Shown here: one piece after another, positions 11,400-20,121 of the stretch
Numbering within the stretch: the first letter of the stretch is position 1
Layout of the letters: each line of letters starts with the position of its first letter
Origin: Fibrobacterales bacterium
GTDB taxonomy: Bacteria; Fibrobacterota; Fibrobacteria; Fibrobacterales; JAOPTW01
Length of the DNA stretch: 43,733 bases
Reading direction: 5' to 3'
NCBI GenBank assembly: GCA_051532035.1
Contig: JAOPTW010000089.1
Span: forward strand, 1-43,733
Translations under genes and position numbers: made by a program
The notes under the pieces: model-generated
The model's input: the letters and a program-made list of their open reading frames with translations, nothing else
Databases searched by the model: none
What the model was told of the DNA's origin: nothing

Positions 11400-11833
11400 T
11401 TAAACCGAATATTTTGATCTGAGACAAGGGTAAACATACCCCAGAGTCCGTATTGTTTTTGGTTGCTGAGTATTTGGGCGTCTTGTTTGGGGCTTATGGT
11501 TACGTTTTTTGTTGCGAGGTTTTTCTTTACGCGGGTTGTGCCTCTTACTGCCTGTTGTGGGCTATTGATATCGGGATACCGAGTACGGGCGTATGCACAG
11601 AGTTGTTCAAACCTGAGGAATATCTCTAGTCTGGTGTTTTCATCGTTGTTGCAGTATTTATCTGCAAGGGCCAGTCCGCAGAGGATGGTTTGGAACTCTT
11701 CGAAGGATTGGGTGATGGTGGTGAGGTTGGTTATTATGCGGCGGCCGAGCATAGACCATAGGGGTTCGAAGCCTAGGGGGTCTACGGAGGATTTTACTCG
11801 GATGTTTGGGTCTAGTTCTGTTAGGAATGGCAT
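11400..11833 (-). pseudogene. Truncated conserved hypothetical gene with a DPLG motif
   Basis: MPFLTELDP...SVDPLG...GRRIITNLTT...QKQYGLWGMFT, then runs antisense into the hydrolase gene, which suggests 3' truncation. Confidence 0.55.
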
Positions 11834-11909
11834 GTTAAATCCCAGTACCAATTATTCATTTATCACACTCAACAACTTCCATTAGCAAATGAAAGTAGAG
11901 ACACCCCAC

Positions 11910-13514
11910 CTACCCCACCTTTACATCTCTCCACCCAACACCAAACTTAGCCAAATACTTCTTCAACCGATCCGAATCATTACTCTTATTCTTCTGCAAT
12001 CGAGAAACTGCAAACAGAGTACGCCCAGCCTCAGCCATTGACTGAGAAGCAACGCACACACCAATCACTCTCTCTAATTGAAAAAGGTCAAATGGATCGT
12101 GATTGCTCATGTCCTTTGCCCCCAATACTTTCTTTACAGCACCGAGCTCTACATCACCAAAAGAAGTTGCCGCCGCCCTGCCCGTACTATTTTGATACCG
12201 TTCAATCTCTCTCTGTACCACCGCAGTATCAATCCGCCCATCTGGTGCTAGAGTTGCCATACGCAATATGCTCGCTCTAAGATCTCTAAAGTTCCCTTCC
12301 CAATTATGTTCATTCTTTGCAAAGGTCAGAAATCGTTCTTCAGCTTCAGTATTAAAGTAAACCCTCTTATTGTATTTTTCTGAAAACTGTTCTAGCTCAT
12401 ACTGTATATTCGGCTCCAAATCTTCTGGACGCTGCTTGAGAGTTGGCAGCGGAAAGTGCCAAAGATTGATACGCGCAAAGAGGTCATCTCTGAATTTGCC
12501 GGAGCTTACATCATTATGGAGATCTATGTTAGTACCAGCCATGAGTTGAAAATCACTTTTAACCATAGTGTCTGAACCGAGGGGTAAAAACTCTTTGTCT
12601 TCGAGAGCCTTTAAGAGCATTGCCTGTTCATCAAGGCCAAGCTCCCCTATCTCATCTAGAAAAAGGATTCCACCATCAGCTTTTGCCATTAATCCGGCCC
12701 GATCTTTATGCGCACCAGTAAATGACCCTTTATTGTGACCGAATAGTGATGAGTAGGCCATATCGCCCCTTACAGTGGCACAATTTAACTCAACAAACTC
12801 CCCATCTACCTGGTGTTTCTGTTTTTTCATTTCAAATATTTTCCGAGCCAGTTTAGTCTTACCTACACCTGTAGGGCCGGAGAGTAACATCGGCTCTTTT
12901 GAGTTTTGCGCCACCAACTCAATCTCTTCGATCAGAGTATTAAACTTTCTGTTTTTGGTCTGAATATTTGACTTAAGAAAGTTAAGATCTAACTTCTGTT
13001 GTTTACTAAAGCGAGTTGTCAGCTTATCATAACCAGAAAGAGCCAAATCTATAATTCTATAGCAGTGCTCAGTACTATTCTCCTTATCGCGTGAAGGAGA
13101 GGTCTGAAGGAGTTTTGCCGGAAAGAATCGTGCCTCGGTGAGAGCAAACATACAAATCTGCGCAGTATGAGTTCCAGTAGATATATGCACATAGTACTCT
13201 TCCTTATCTGGATTGAACTTATAGCTCTGGGTAAAGTCCAGCAGGTTTCCATACACCTCTTCAAAAGCCCATGGATCTTCATACACGATATGTACATCTT
13301 TCACCACTGTTTTAGGAGAAGCCGCTATCACATCTTTCTTTATAGTTTCAGCCAAGCGACTATCATCAGGATTAAACAGTAGCTCTAACCGGTCTATCTT
13401 AAACTCTTTGTGCTGAAAGATAGAGACTGTCGGTCTCCATGGATTCTGTTTGGTTTTTCCTCGTATTGCATCGAGTTTAGTACCTAATATGCCTATTACA
13501 ACTTTCTTTTTCAT
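11910..13514 (-). CDS. rtcR: RNA repair transcriptional activator RtcR (CARF + sigma54 AAA+)
   Basis: WRPTVS, HISTGTHTAQIC, Walker A GPTGVGKT, GSFTGA, FLDEIGELGLDEQAMLL, C-terminal LFAVSR...NDSDRLKKYLAKFG; divergent from rtcB. Confidence 0.95.
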   Translation of the reverse strand: MKKKVVIGILGTKLDAIRGKTKQNPWRPTVSIFQHKEFKIDRLELLFNPDDSRLAETIKKDVIAASPKTVVKDVHIVYEDPWAFEEVYGNLLDFTQSYKFNPDKEEYYVHISTGTHTAQICMFALTEARFFPAKLLQTSPSRDKENSTEHCYRIIDLALSGYDKLTTRFSKQQKLDLNFLKSNIQTKNRKFNTLIEEIELVAQNSKEPMLLSGPTGVGKTKLARKIFEMKKQKHQVDGEFVELNCATVRGDMAYSSLFGHNKGSFTGAHKDRAGLMAKADGGILFLDEIGELGLDEQAMLLKALEDKEFLPLGSDTMVKSDFQLMAGTNIDLHNDVSSGKFRDDLFARINLWHFPLPTLKQRPEDLEPNIQYELEQFSEKYNKRVYFNTEAEERFLTFAKNEHNWEGNFRDLRASILRMATLAPDGRIDTAVVQREIERYQNSTGRAAATSFGDVELGAVKKVLGAKDMSNHDPFDLFQLERVIGVCVASQSMAEAGRTLFAVSRLQKNKSNDSDRLKKYLAKFGVGWRDVKVG

Positions 13515-13654
13515 ATCACTATCATATATATATTTATAGATAATATAATATATTATACCCCAACCAGCCCCTACGCTAGTTATTCTAGCCGTCTTTTTTC
13601 ACCAAATATGCTATTAACAGACCAAAAACAGCCATTCAATACATTATAAATCTT

Positions 13655-13671
13655 TTGGCACGCCTTTCTCT
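13655..13671 (+). promoter_or_regulatory. Putative sigma54 -24/-12 promoter of rtcB
   Basis: TTGGCACGCCTTTCTCT: canonical -24 TGGCAC but non-canonical -12 (TC instead of GC); expected position in the rtcR-rtcB intergenic region. Confidence 0.6.
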
Positions 13672-13736
13672 ATACATAGTTATAGAAAGTGAGATAATAA
13701 AGAGGAACTGCACAAGCAGTTTATGAAAGGAACAGA

Positions 13737-14966
13737 ATGACTGACACATATTACAACGTAATCAGCACCGGCAAGTACCCTATTAAGTCTTGGACAACAG
13801 GAGTACCGTTTGAGGATAGCGCTCAAGAGCAAATGCTCAATGTGGCAAACCTCCCTTTTATCCATAAATGGGTCGCCGCCATGCCGGATGTACACGCTGG
13901 CATGGGCGCTACTATTGGTAGCGTGATCCCAACCAAAGGTGCAGTTATACCTGCAGCAGTTGGCGTAGATATTGGATGCGGGATGATGGCAGCAAGAACA
14001 AATATGAACGCAACCGACCTCCCAAAAGACTTGAAAAGCTTGAGAACCGCTATAGAACGAGCCGTCCCTCACGGAATGTGCAAAAATAAGCGCAGTCGTG
14101 ACACCGGATCTTGGCATAATATACCAGAGAGAACACAGAAACGCTGGGATGCGGAACTCGCAGAGAGATATGACGCCATCTGTAGTACCCACCCAGTTTT
14201 GAAAAAAGCCAACAGCATTAATCAATTAGGCACCCTTGGCTCTGGTAACCATTTTATTGAGGTATGCCTCGATACTGATGACACAGTATGGATTATGCTC
14301 CATAGCGGCTCCCGTGGTATTGGCAACAAAATAGGGAGTGAGTTTATCAAGCTGGCTAAAGCAGAGATGGAGAAGTACCACATATCCCTACCAGATAAGG
14401 ACCTCGCCTACCTTCCCGAAGGTACCGAGTTATGTAAACAGTATTTGGTAGCAGTTAATTGGGCTCAGGATTTTGCCCGTATAAACCGCGAGGCAATGAT
14501 GGAGCAGGTGTTGGATGCACTGAAACAGGTCACCGACTTCTCCGAACTCGCACTAGAAGATGAGCCCATTAACTGCCACCATAATTACGTAACCAAAGAG
14601 AACCACTACGGTGAGAATGTCTTTGTAACAAGAAAAGGTGCGGTGAGCGCACAAGAAGGCGAGCTGGGCATCATTCCCGGCTCTATGGGAGCGCGTTCTT
14701 TTATAGTACGTGGCAAAGGTAACCCTGAGAGCTTTAATTCTTGTAGTCATGGAGCTGGGCGGGCAATGTCTCGTACTGAAGCGAAGCGTCGATTTACTGA
14801 AGAAGATCATATCGCAGCAACCGAAGGCGTTGAGTGCCGTAAGGATGCCAGTGTTATTGACGAGACTCCTATGGCATATAAAGACATAGACGCTGTAATG
14901 GAAGCACAAGAGGATCTAGTTGAAATTGTATACACCCTAAAGCAAGTAGTTTGCGTTAAAGGCTAA
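13737..14966 (+). CDS. rtcB: RNA 2',3'-cyclic/3'-phosphate--5'-OH ligase RtcB
   Basis: MPDVHAG, VGVDIGCGM, GTLGSGNHFIE, HSGSRG, HHNY, RKGA, PGSMG, SHGAGR, IDETPMAYKDI. Confidence 0.97.
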   Translation: MTDTYYNVISTGKYPIKSWTTGVPFEDSAQEQMLNVANLPFIHKWVAAMPDVHAGMGATIGSVIPTKGAVIPAAVGVDIGCGMMAARTNMNATDLPKDLKSLRTAIERAVPHGMCKNKRSRDTGSWHNIPERTQKRWDAELAERYDAICSTHPVLKKANSINQLGTLGSGNHFIEVCLDTDDTVWIMLHSGSRGIGNKIGSEFIKLAKAEMEKYHISLPDKDLAYLPEGTELCKQYLVAVNWAQDFARINREAMMEQVLDALKQVTDFSELALEDEPINCHHNYVTKENHYGENVFVTRKGAVSAQEGELGIIPGSMGARSFIVRGKGNPESFNSCSHGAGRAMSRTEAKRRFTEEDHIAATEGVECRKDASVIDETPMAYKDIDAVMEAQEDLVEIVYTLKQVVCVKG

Positions 14967-15014
14967 AGGAACTTGAGGCCTTGGAGAAGATTAGACAATA
15001 GATACGACAGAATC

Positions 15015-15049
15015 TGTCATTAGTGAAAGCTACATTTGCACTAATGGCA
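15015..15049. promoter_or_regulatory. Inverted repeat (operator or RNA hairpin) between rtcB and the downstream cluster
   Basis: tgtcattagtg-N13-cactaatggca, 10/11 complementary; no U-tract. Confidence 0.45.
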
Positions 15050-15101
15050 TATAAATAAACATTAGCCATAACAAATAACACTTTTAAAAAAGGGAAATCA
15101 C

Positions 15102-15353
15102 ATGCCAAAAAGAAATCACAGCAAATACGAACTTAGAGACAATGGCAAATTAGTTTATGTCGGCATCACTAATGATATCGATAGAAGAGTTGAAGAACAT
15201 AGGGATTCTGGGAAAAGATTTACCAGCGCAAGCACTGTCGGGAATAAAACAACTGAAGGTGGGGCGAAAAACTGGGAAGAGAACCGATTGGAAACCTATC
15301 GTAACAATCATGGCGGTAAAAATCCACGTCACAATAAAACAGATCACGGATAG
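15102..15353 (+). CDS. Stand-alone small GIY-YIG nuclease-family protein
   Basis: YELRDNGKLVYVGITNDIDRRVEEH...E...PRHN matches the GIY-YIG Y/YVG/R/H/E/N pattern. Confidence 0.8.
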   Translation: MPKRNHSKYELRDNGKLVYVGITNDIDRRVEEHRDSGKRFTSASTVGNKTTEGGAKNWEENRLETYRNNHGGKNPRHNKTDHG

Positions 15354-15362
15354 AGGAATAAT

Positions 15363-16256
15363 ATGAGTATTTCACTAAAACAGTCAGAACTATCTCGGCA
15401 TCAGAAAACCCTAGCAGACCTCCAAAAAAAGTCCGCTGAGGAATCCAAGAAAGAGGTTACTAAAACAAAAGACCTCCACAGGATAGAGAAAAGCATTACA
15501 AAATCTACATCCGACAGTTCATTTAGGTCGAAACAACAACAAATGAACCGTATCATGGAAGATATATCAAAAATTCGAATTAAGAAAGCTGATATATCAA
15601 AGAAAAATGCTCAAGTGAATGAGAAAATTCATAAAGCTCAAGACGGCTTAAGAAAAGAAGAAGATAGGGAACGTAAAAAAGTTATCGACTCCGATAAGCG
15701 CCGAGAAAAAGAGCAACTGATACATCAACGTGCTATCACTCAAGAATTGCAAACCCAATACTCCATCCGCCAACAAGGGGCCCCTATCATAGAAACACGA
15801 AACGTAAATTATGATGTTTTCGTGTCTCATGCAAGCGAAGACAAAGAGGGCTTTGTTAAGCCTCTTGTTGAAGCCCTCACAAGCAAAGGCTATGAAGTCT
15901 GGTATGACGAATACACTCTCAAAATTGGAGACAGCTTGAGGCGCAGCATCGATATTGGACTTTCAAACTCCAGATATGGCATTGTTGTGCTATCAGAATC
16001 ATTTTTCAAGAAAAACTGGACACAGCACGAGCTTGATGGGCTAGTAACAAAAGAGATGGAAGGTCATAAAGTTATTTTACCAATCTGGCACATGGTAACT
16101 AAGGATCAAGTAAGAAAGTTCAGCGTTACCTTAGCAGACAAAATGGCCCTTAACACATCACTATACACAATTGATGAAATTGTTGAGCAACTTACCGAGG
16201 TGCTTGACGAAAACAAACTTAACAATACACCAACCAACAAGGAGCACACAATATGA
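15363..16256 (+). CDS. Coiled-coil + TIR domain protein (TcpC/BtpA-like, putative NADase)
   Basis: K/E/Q-rich N-terminal ~140 aa; YDVFVSHASEDK, VWYDE...GDSLRRSID.GL, IVVLSESFF..NWTQHELDGL with catalytic Glu present, ILPIWH. Confidence 0.92.
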   Translation: MSISLKQSELSRHQKTLADLQKKSAEESKKEVTKTKDLHRIEKSITKSTSDSSFRSKQQQMNRIMEDISKIRIKKADISKKNAQVNEKIHKAQDGLRKEEDRERKKVIDSDKRREKEQLIHQRAITQELQTQYSIRQQGAPIIETRNVNYDVFVSHASEDKEGFVKPLVEALTSKGYEVWYDEYTLKIGDSLRRSIDIGLSNSRYGIVVLSESFFKKNWTQHELDGLVTKEMEGHKVILPIWHMVTKDQVRKFSVTLADKMALNTSLYTIDEIVEQLTEVLDENKLNNTPTNKEHTI

Positions 16257-16513
16257 AATTTCAAGGTGCAGTCATTAAAGAACAGGGAATCACATTTGCA
16301 ATTGTGATTGTAAAGAAACACATCGTTGACTCTCTACAGAATAGCGCAGAGGCAATAACCTCATTTGCAGGATTATTTCCGGGGTTACCGCTGATACTCA
16401 TGGCCCAAGACACACGTGGTATACCAAAATACAGCGGAAGAAGCGATATTGTTAAATTCTTGGCCAATATTCATATATCGCAGATTCCATGGAAAGAATA
16501 CACTTCTAATTAA
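16253..16513 (+). CDS. Small hypothetical protein coupled to the TIR gene
   Basis: ATGA overlap with the TIR stop; RBS aggag; MKFQGAVIKEQGITFAIV...IPWKEY. Confidence 0.75.
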   Translation: MKFQGAVIKEQGITFAIVIVKKHIVDSLQNSAEAITSFAGLFPGLPLILMAQDTRGIPKYSGRSDIVKFLANIHISQIPWKEYTSN

Positions 16514-16562
16514 TCAAATTTCATTTTAAAATGTAAACTCAAAACACCTTGGAGGGCTACAC

Positions 16563-17228
16563 ATGCCATTACAATACTTACAAGAGCGCCTAGATAGAAC
16601 AAAGGAACTACCTGCCATAGACTCTATCCCTCTTCTCTTTAATATTCTTGAAACTCTTTCAAAAATAGCGTACCCAAAGAAAGGCAATGGAGAGAAGTTC
16701 AAGCTTTTAATGAAAAAATATTCAAACTGGGGGGCTGAGAATAAAGTTTGCATTGTACACATTCAGCAGGCGGTAAAACTACACGCATTAAATACCCCTA
16801 ATGAATTCAATGAGTATTTCGACAAAATCAACGGTGTATTTTTTGAAAGCAGCCACAGCAACCCCACTCTTGATCAAATTGCCCATGTTTGGGATGCAAT
16901 TGATTGGAAACCTGAAACCAGTAAAGAGGTTAGAAATATCAATAATTATCTTTTAACATCCCTTCTCTGGTCATTAAGAAATCGAGTAACACATGAGTAT
17001 AATTTCATTGCAAATAGTCATAAGAAAGACTCAATTAAAGTGCACTATTATCAAATTATAGTGTCAGGGATCAGTCATTATAGAATCTATTTTCCTTTCG
17101 CTTTTCTACACACTCTGGCATCCGAACTCATAGACGCAATTAAAGAAAGTGTTAAGACAGGAGAGTTGTCACTTGACGGTATTTTTGATTATGGAGATTT
17201 TCTCATCAAGGACCTAAACAATGAATAA
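16563..17228 (+). CDS. Hypothetical protein with HEPN-like RxxxxH motif
   Basis: All-helical appearance; LWSLRNRVTHE; RBS ggagg. Confidence 0.55.
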   Translation: MPLQYLQERLDRTKELPAIDSIPLLFNILETLSKIAYPKKGNGEKFKLLMKKYSNWGAENKVCIVHIQQAVKLHALNTPNEFNEYFDKINGVFFESSHSNPTLDQIAHVWDAIDWKPETSKEVRNINNYLLTSLLWSLRNRVTHEYNFIANSHKKDSIKVHYYQIIVSGISHYRIYFPFAFLHTLASELIDAIKESVKTGELSLDGIFDYGDFLIKDLNNE

Positions 17229-17339
17229 AAAATATCTAAGAGAAATTTTTGAAATATTCGGCGACAATAACCCGCCGGTCTTTTAACCAGCCCCCATCGC
17301 ACTAACTATAAAGCATTTCACCCTAACCAAAGGATCATC

Positions 17340-18098
17340 ATGAAACATAAAGAATTTGAAAATCTGATCAACCTATATAATGAAATATTTCAAGCTATGC
17401 AAAACATGGTATACGACAATAGTGACGTACTTCATAGACATAAATTGACTCTGTTTTGTGTAATTATTGAAAACACCAAATCAATAATTGATATTTTTGA
17501 ACAAGGCCTTAATGAGACAGCCACCGTGATAACAAGAAACTCCCTTGAGGCTATTATTGATCTTCTATTTGTAGATGAAAAAAGTGTAGAAGGGTACAAG
17601 GCCATTTATTTGGCATTTCAATATAGCAATAGAAATGCCTTCAACGCACAAAAAGAAATATTACTAAATGCTGGACATAGTAAAATAGAATTACAAGCAG
17701 CAATTGATAATATCAATACTGATATTGAAAAGCAAAAAATAGATGGCGTACGACCTTACAATATTAAAGAGAAATGCACTGCTATTAATAACACTTACCT
17801 CTACGATTGTTTTTACAAGTTACTATGCGCCACATCCCATAACAGTCTTCAATCATTGGAAGACAGGTTTATTGATAATGTGGCTGGTACATTCAAGGTA
17901 ACAATGACTAAACCCTTACACCCTAACAGAATCGAACTCATACTGCAAACCAATATTTCAATGCTTCTCAAGGGTTACAGTCTATTACTAAAAGAATTTG
18001 AATTCAACATGCCAGAAATCAACAACACCTTATATCATGAGCTCATTACTCAAGAAAAATACACAGACTTATTTACCCCATCAGACTCAAGTAATTAA
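17340..18098 (+). CDS. DUF5677-like (HEPN-fold) protein
   Basis: ATVITRNSLEAIIDLLFV and YKLLCATSH motifs typical of DUF5677. Confidence 0.65.
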   Translation: MKHKEFENLINLYNEIFQAMQNMVYDNSDVLHRHKLTLFCVIIENTKSIIDIFEQGLNETATVITRNSLEAIIDLLFVDEKSVEGYKAIYLAFQYSNRNAFNAQKEILLNAGHSKIELQAAIDNINTDIEKQKIDGVRPYNIKEKCTAINNTYLYDCFYKLLCATSHNSLQSLEDRFIDNVAGTFKVTMTKPLHPNRIELILQTNISMLLKGYSLLLKEFEFNMPEINNTLYHELITQEKYTDLFTPSDSSN

Positions 18099-18129
18099 TC
18101 ACCCAAACCTAACACAATCGGAGATAAAA

Positions 18130-18912
18130 ATGGCATACACTATAGGCAACCTCTTGGCAGACCTTGGATTTGATTCTACACAAATAGATGAGAAAATAAC
18201 CAAGTTCAGTAAATTTCTTGTTCAGATAACTCCTAAAATAAATGAAGCCATTACCGGTTTTATTAAATTCACCGATGACCTACGCGATACTATGATCAAA
18301 TGGCAAACCGAGACCAAGCAGACCGTAGAAATAATGGTATCCCAAGGGTGGTATCCCAATTGGATAACATTTTTTGAAAGACCGGATAAGGAAATTGCTT
18401 CACTCGATGAATACATGGTCGACAGTCTATCTGAAGAATGGGACGAGTTGACTACTGAAATAATTTCAATGTGCCCCAATCGAAAAGCAATATTAGAAGA
18501 CGCATTTAAGCTACATAAAGAAGGTGTATACAATGCCTCCATTCCACTATTTTTTACTCAAGCAGACGGCATATGTTCTGAAGAGTTTACACATTTTTTT
18601 ACAAAAGACCGGGATACTCGAAGAAATGCATCCGAAGAAATTATAAAGCAGATTGAGGAAGGCGAATTAAATATCGATATATTTACCGAACATTTGATTG
18701 AGCCATTTAAAGTGAAATCGAACATTTCCAAACAATCTTCAGTAGCATCTAAAACTGAGTACATTAACAATGGCCCTAACAGGCATGGAATTATACATGG
18801 TAATATTGATCATTTGAATTACGGAACTGAAGTCAATAGCTATAAAGCATTTTCATTTCTTGCTTTCATTGTATTTACCTGTAAAGACCGTCTACCCGAT
18901 GCAAGAGTCTAA
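18130..18912 (+). CDS. Hypothetical protein with HEPN-like RxxxxH motif
   Basis: Start refined to ATG 18130; YNASIPLFFTQADGIC and PNRHGIIHG...YGTEVNSYK. Confidence 0.6.
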   Translation: MAYTIGNLLADLGFDSTQIDEKITKFSKFLVQITPKINEAITGFIKFTDDLRDTMIKWQTETKQTVEIMVSQGWYPNWITFFERPDKEIASLDEYMVDSLSEEWDELTTEIISMCPNRKAILEDAFKLHKEGVYNASIPLFFTQADGICSEEFTHFFTKDRDTRRNASEEIIKQIEEGELNIDIFTEHLIEPFKVKSNISKQSSVASKTEYINNGPNRHGIIHGNIDHLNYGTEVNSYKAFSFLAFIVFTCKDRLPDARV

Positions 18913-18938
18913 CTTCTTCTTTTAAAAACAGGTAAACT

Positions 18939-19946
18939 ATGTCCACAGATACCCCTCCAATAGTAGAAGCTAACTTTTTAAGTGATCTTGAAAAGCTTGC
19001 AGCTGAACTGAATAGCACCTTTAATTTAAAACATACAAAAGACGTAGACAGCCTTAATACTCCCCTATGTCGTTGGACAGATTTTAGGTTGAGATATATT
19101 GACCCAAAACCTCGACAAGTAGTACTATCCAATAAGCTTAAAAGTAAAACTGATAAGAAAAAGAATGATATCCTCAATTACTTTATCAAATCAATAACAA
19201 AAGGAAAAGACCTAAACCCTTACCAGAGTGGTTCAATGTACTACCATGATAGTAGTGGAAAAAAACGCAAACAAAGAACAGACCTACTATGGGCAAATTG
19301 GGGCATTCACCATCTACATTTCACAAAACAAAAACCCATTAACGGTAGATACTTTTCTCCCAGATCAAATTGGTTATTATATCTACTGGTAGATGACAAT
19401 TCCATTGCCTTAATTGATATCAAGAATCATAATAATTCTAATGCATTCTGTGATAGCTCACTCTTAAAAACCATTGATGATTCTTGGTCGCAGGTTTTAG
19501 ATTCATTATCACTAAATCCCTCCATCCCTAGACACTCAGATACCATTTTTGATGATTTGCAAACAAAAGAACTGTGGGAATCTGGAATTCTAGCAATGCC
19601 TACTGTAAATGGAAAGACAATCATCCCCCATGGAGGAGGAATAACGATGGCTAGCACCCCGTTAATTGCAAATGATCACAGGTCTATTATTCGTGAGCGG
19701 GCGAAAATGTTAGAAACAGCAATAATGAAAGCCCCCACAACATTTCTAGGTTCTTTATCCAAGGCTCTTCCTTCAAAAATTCAGTTACGACTTGAACTAT
19801 GTGAACATGGACTTTGTATTGCTAATGATTTTTGTAATGAGACCCAATATTTAGGAAGAGATAACCCTAATGATGGGGCAGCAATATTGAATGATTCTTT
19901 CACTCCTCAATGGGCAATTAATAATTTTTTCAAAAAACACTTTTAA
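18939..19946 (+). CDS. Hypothetical protein with a WGIHHLH motif
   Basis: 335-aa ORF; GKDLNPYQS, DLLWANWGIHHLHF, RSNWLLY. Confidence 0.65.
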   Translation: MSTDTPPIVEANFLSDLEKLAAELNSTFNLKHTKDVDSLNTPLCRWTDFRLRYIDPKPRQVVLSNKLKSKTDKKKNDILNYFIKSITKGKDLNPYQSGSMYYHDSSGKKRKQRTDLLWANWGIHHLHFTKQKPINGRYFSPRSNWLLYLLVDDNSIALIDIKNHNNSNAFCDSSLLKTIDDSWSQVLDSLSLNPSIPRHSDTIFDDLQTKELWESGILAMPTVNGKTIIPHGGGITMASTPLIANDHRSIIRERAKMLETAIMKAPTTFLGSLSKALPSKIQLRLELCEHGLCIANDFCNETQYLGRDNPNDGAAILNDSFTPQWAINNFFKKHF

Positions 19947-20121
19947 GCGTACTTTCACTCACTCATGAAGTATTAAACCTAACGGATTTATCTGAATCAA
20001 GGAATACCTACGGGGAAAGACTATTGAAGCCGCATGCAATCATCAACTATTTGGGGCATCAACCCACTCCTTGATAAGTACAGTATGTAAATACTTTCAT
20101 CTTATGAAGCAACCACTCAAA

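Noticed and set aside
13680..14909. Antisense ORFs 13680-14225 and 14553-14909
   Set aside because: Shadow frames of rtcB
13515..15101. rtcA, Y RNA/Ro60 or tRNA often found with rtcB
   Set aside because: No such ORF or cloverleaf/T-loop motif seen in either intergenic region
15363..16256. Thoeris system
   Set aside because: The TIR is of the coiled-coil TcpC/BtpA type, and no SIR2-SLOG or TM-macro ThsA is recognisable nearby
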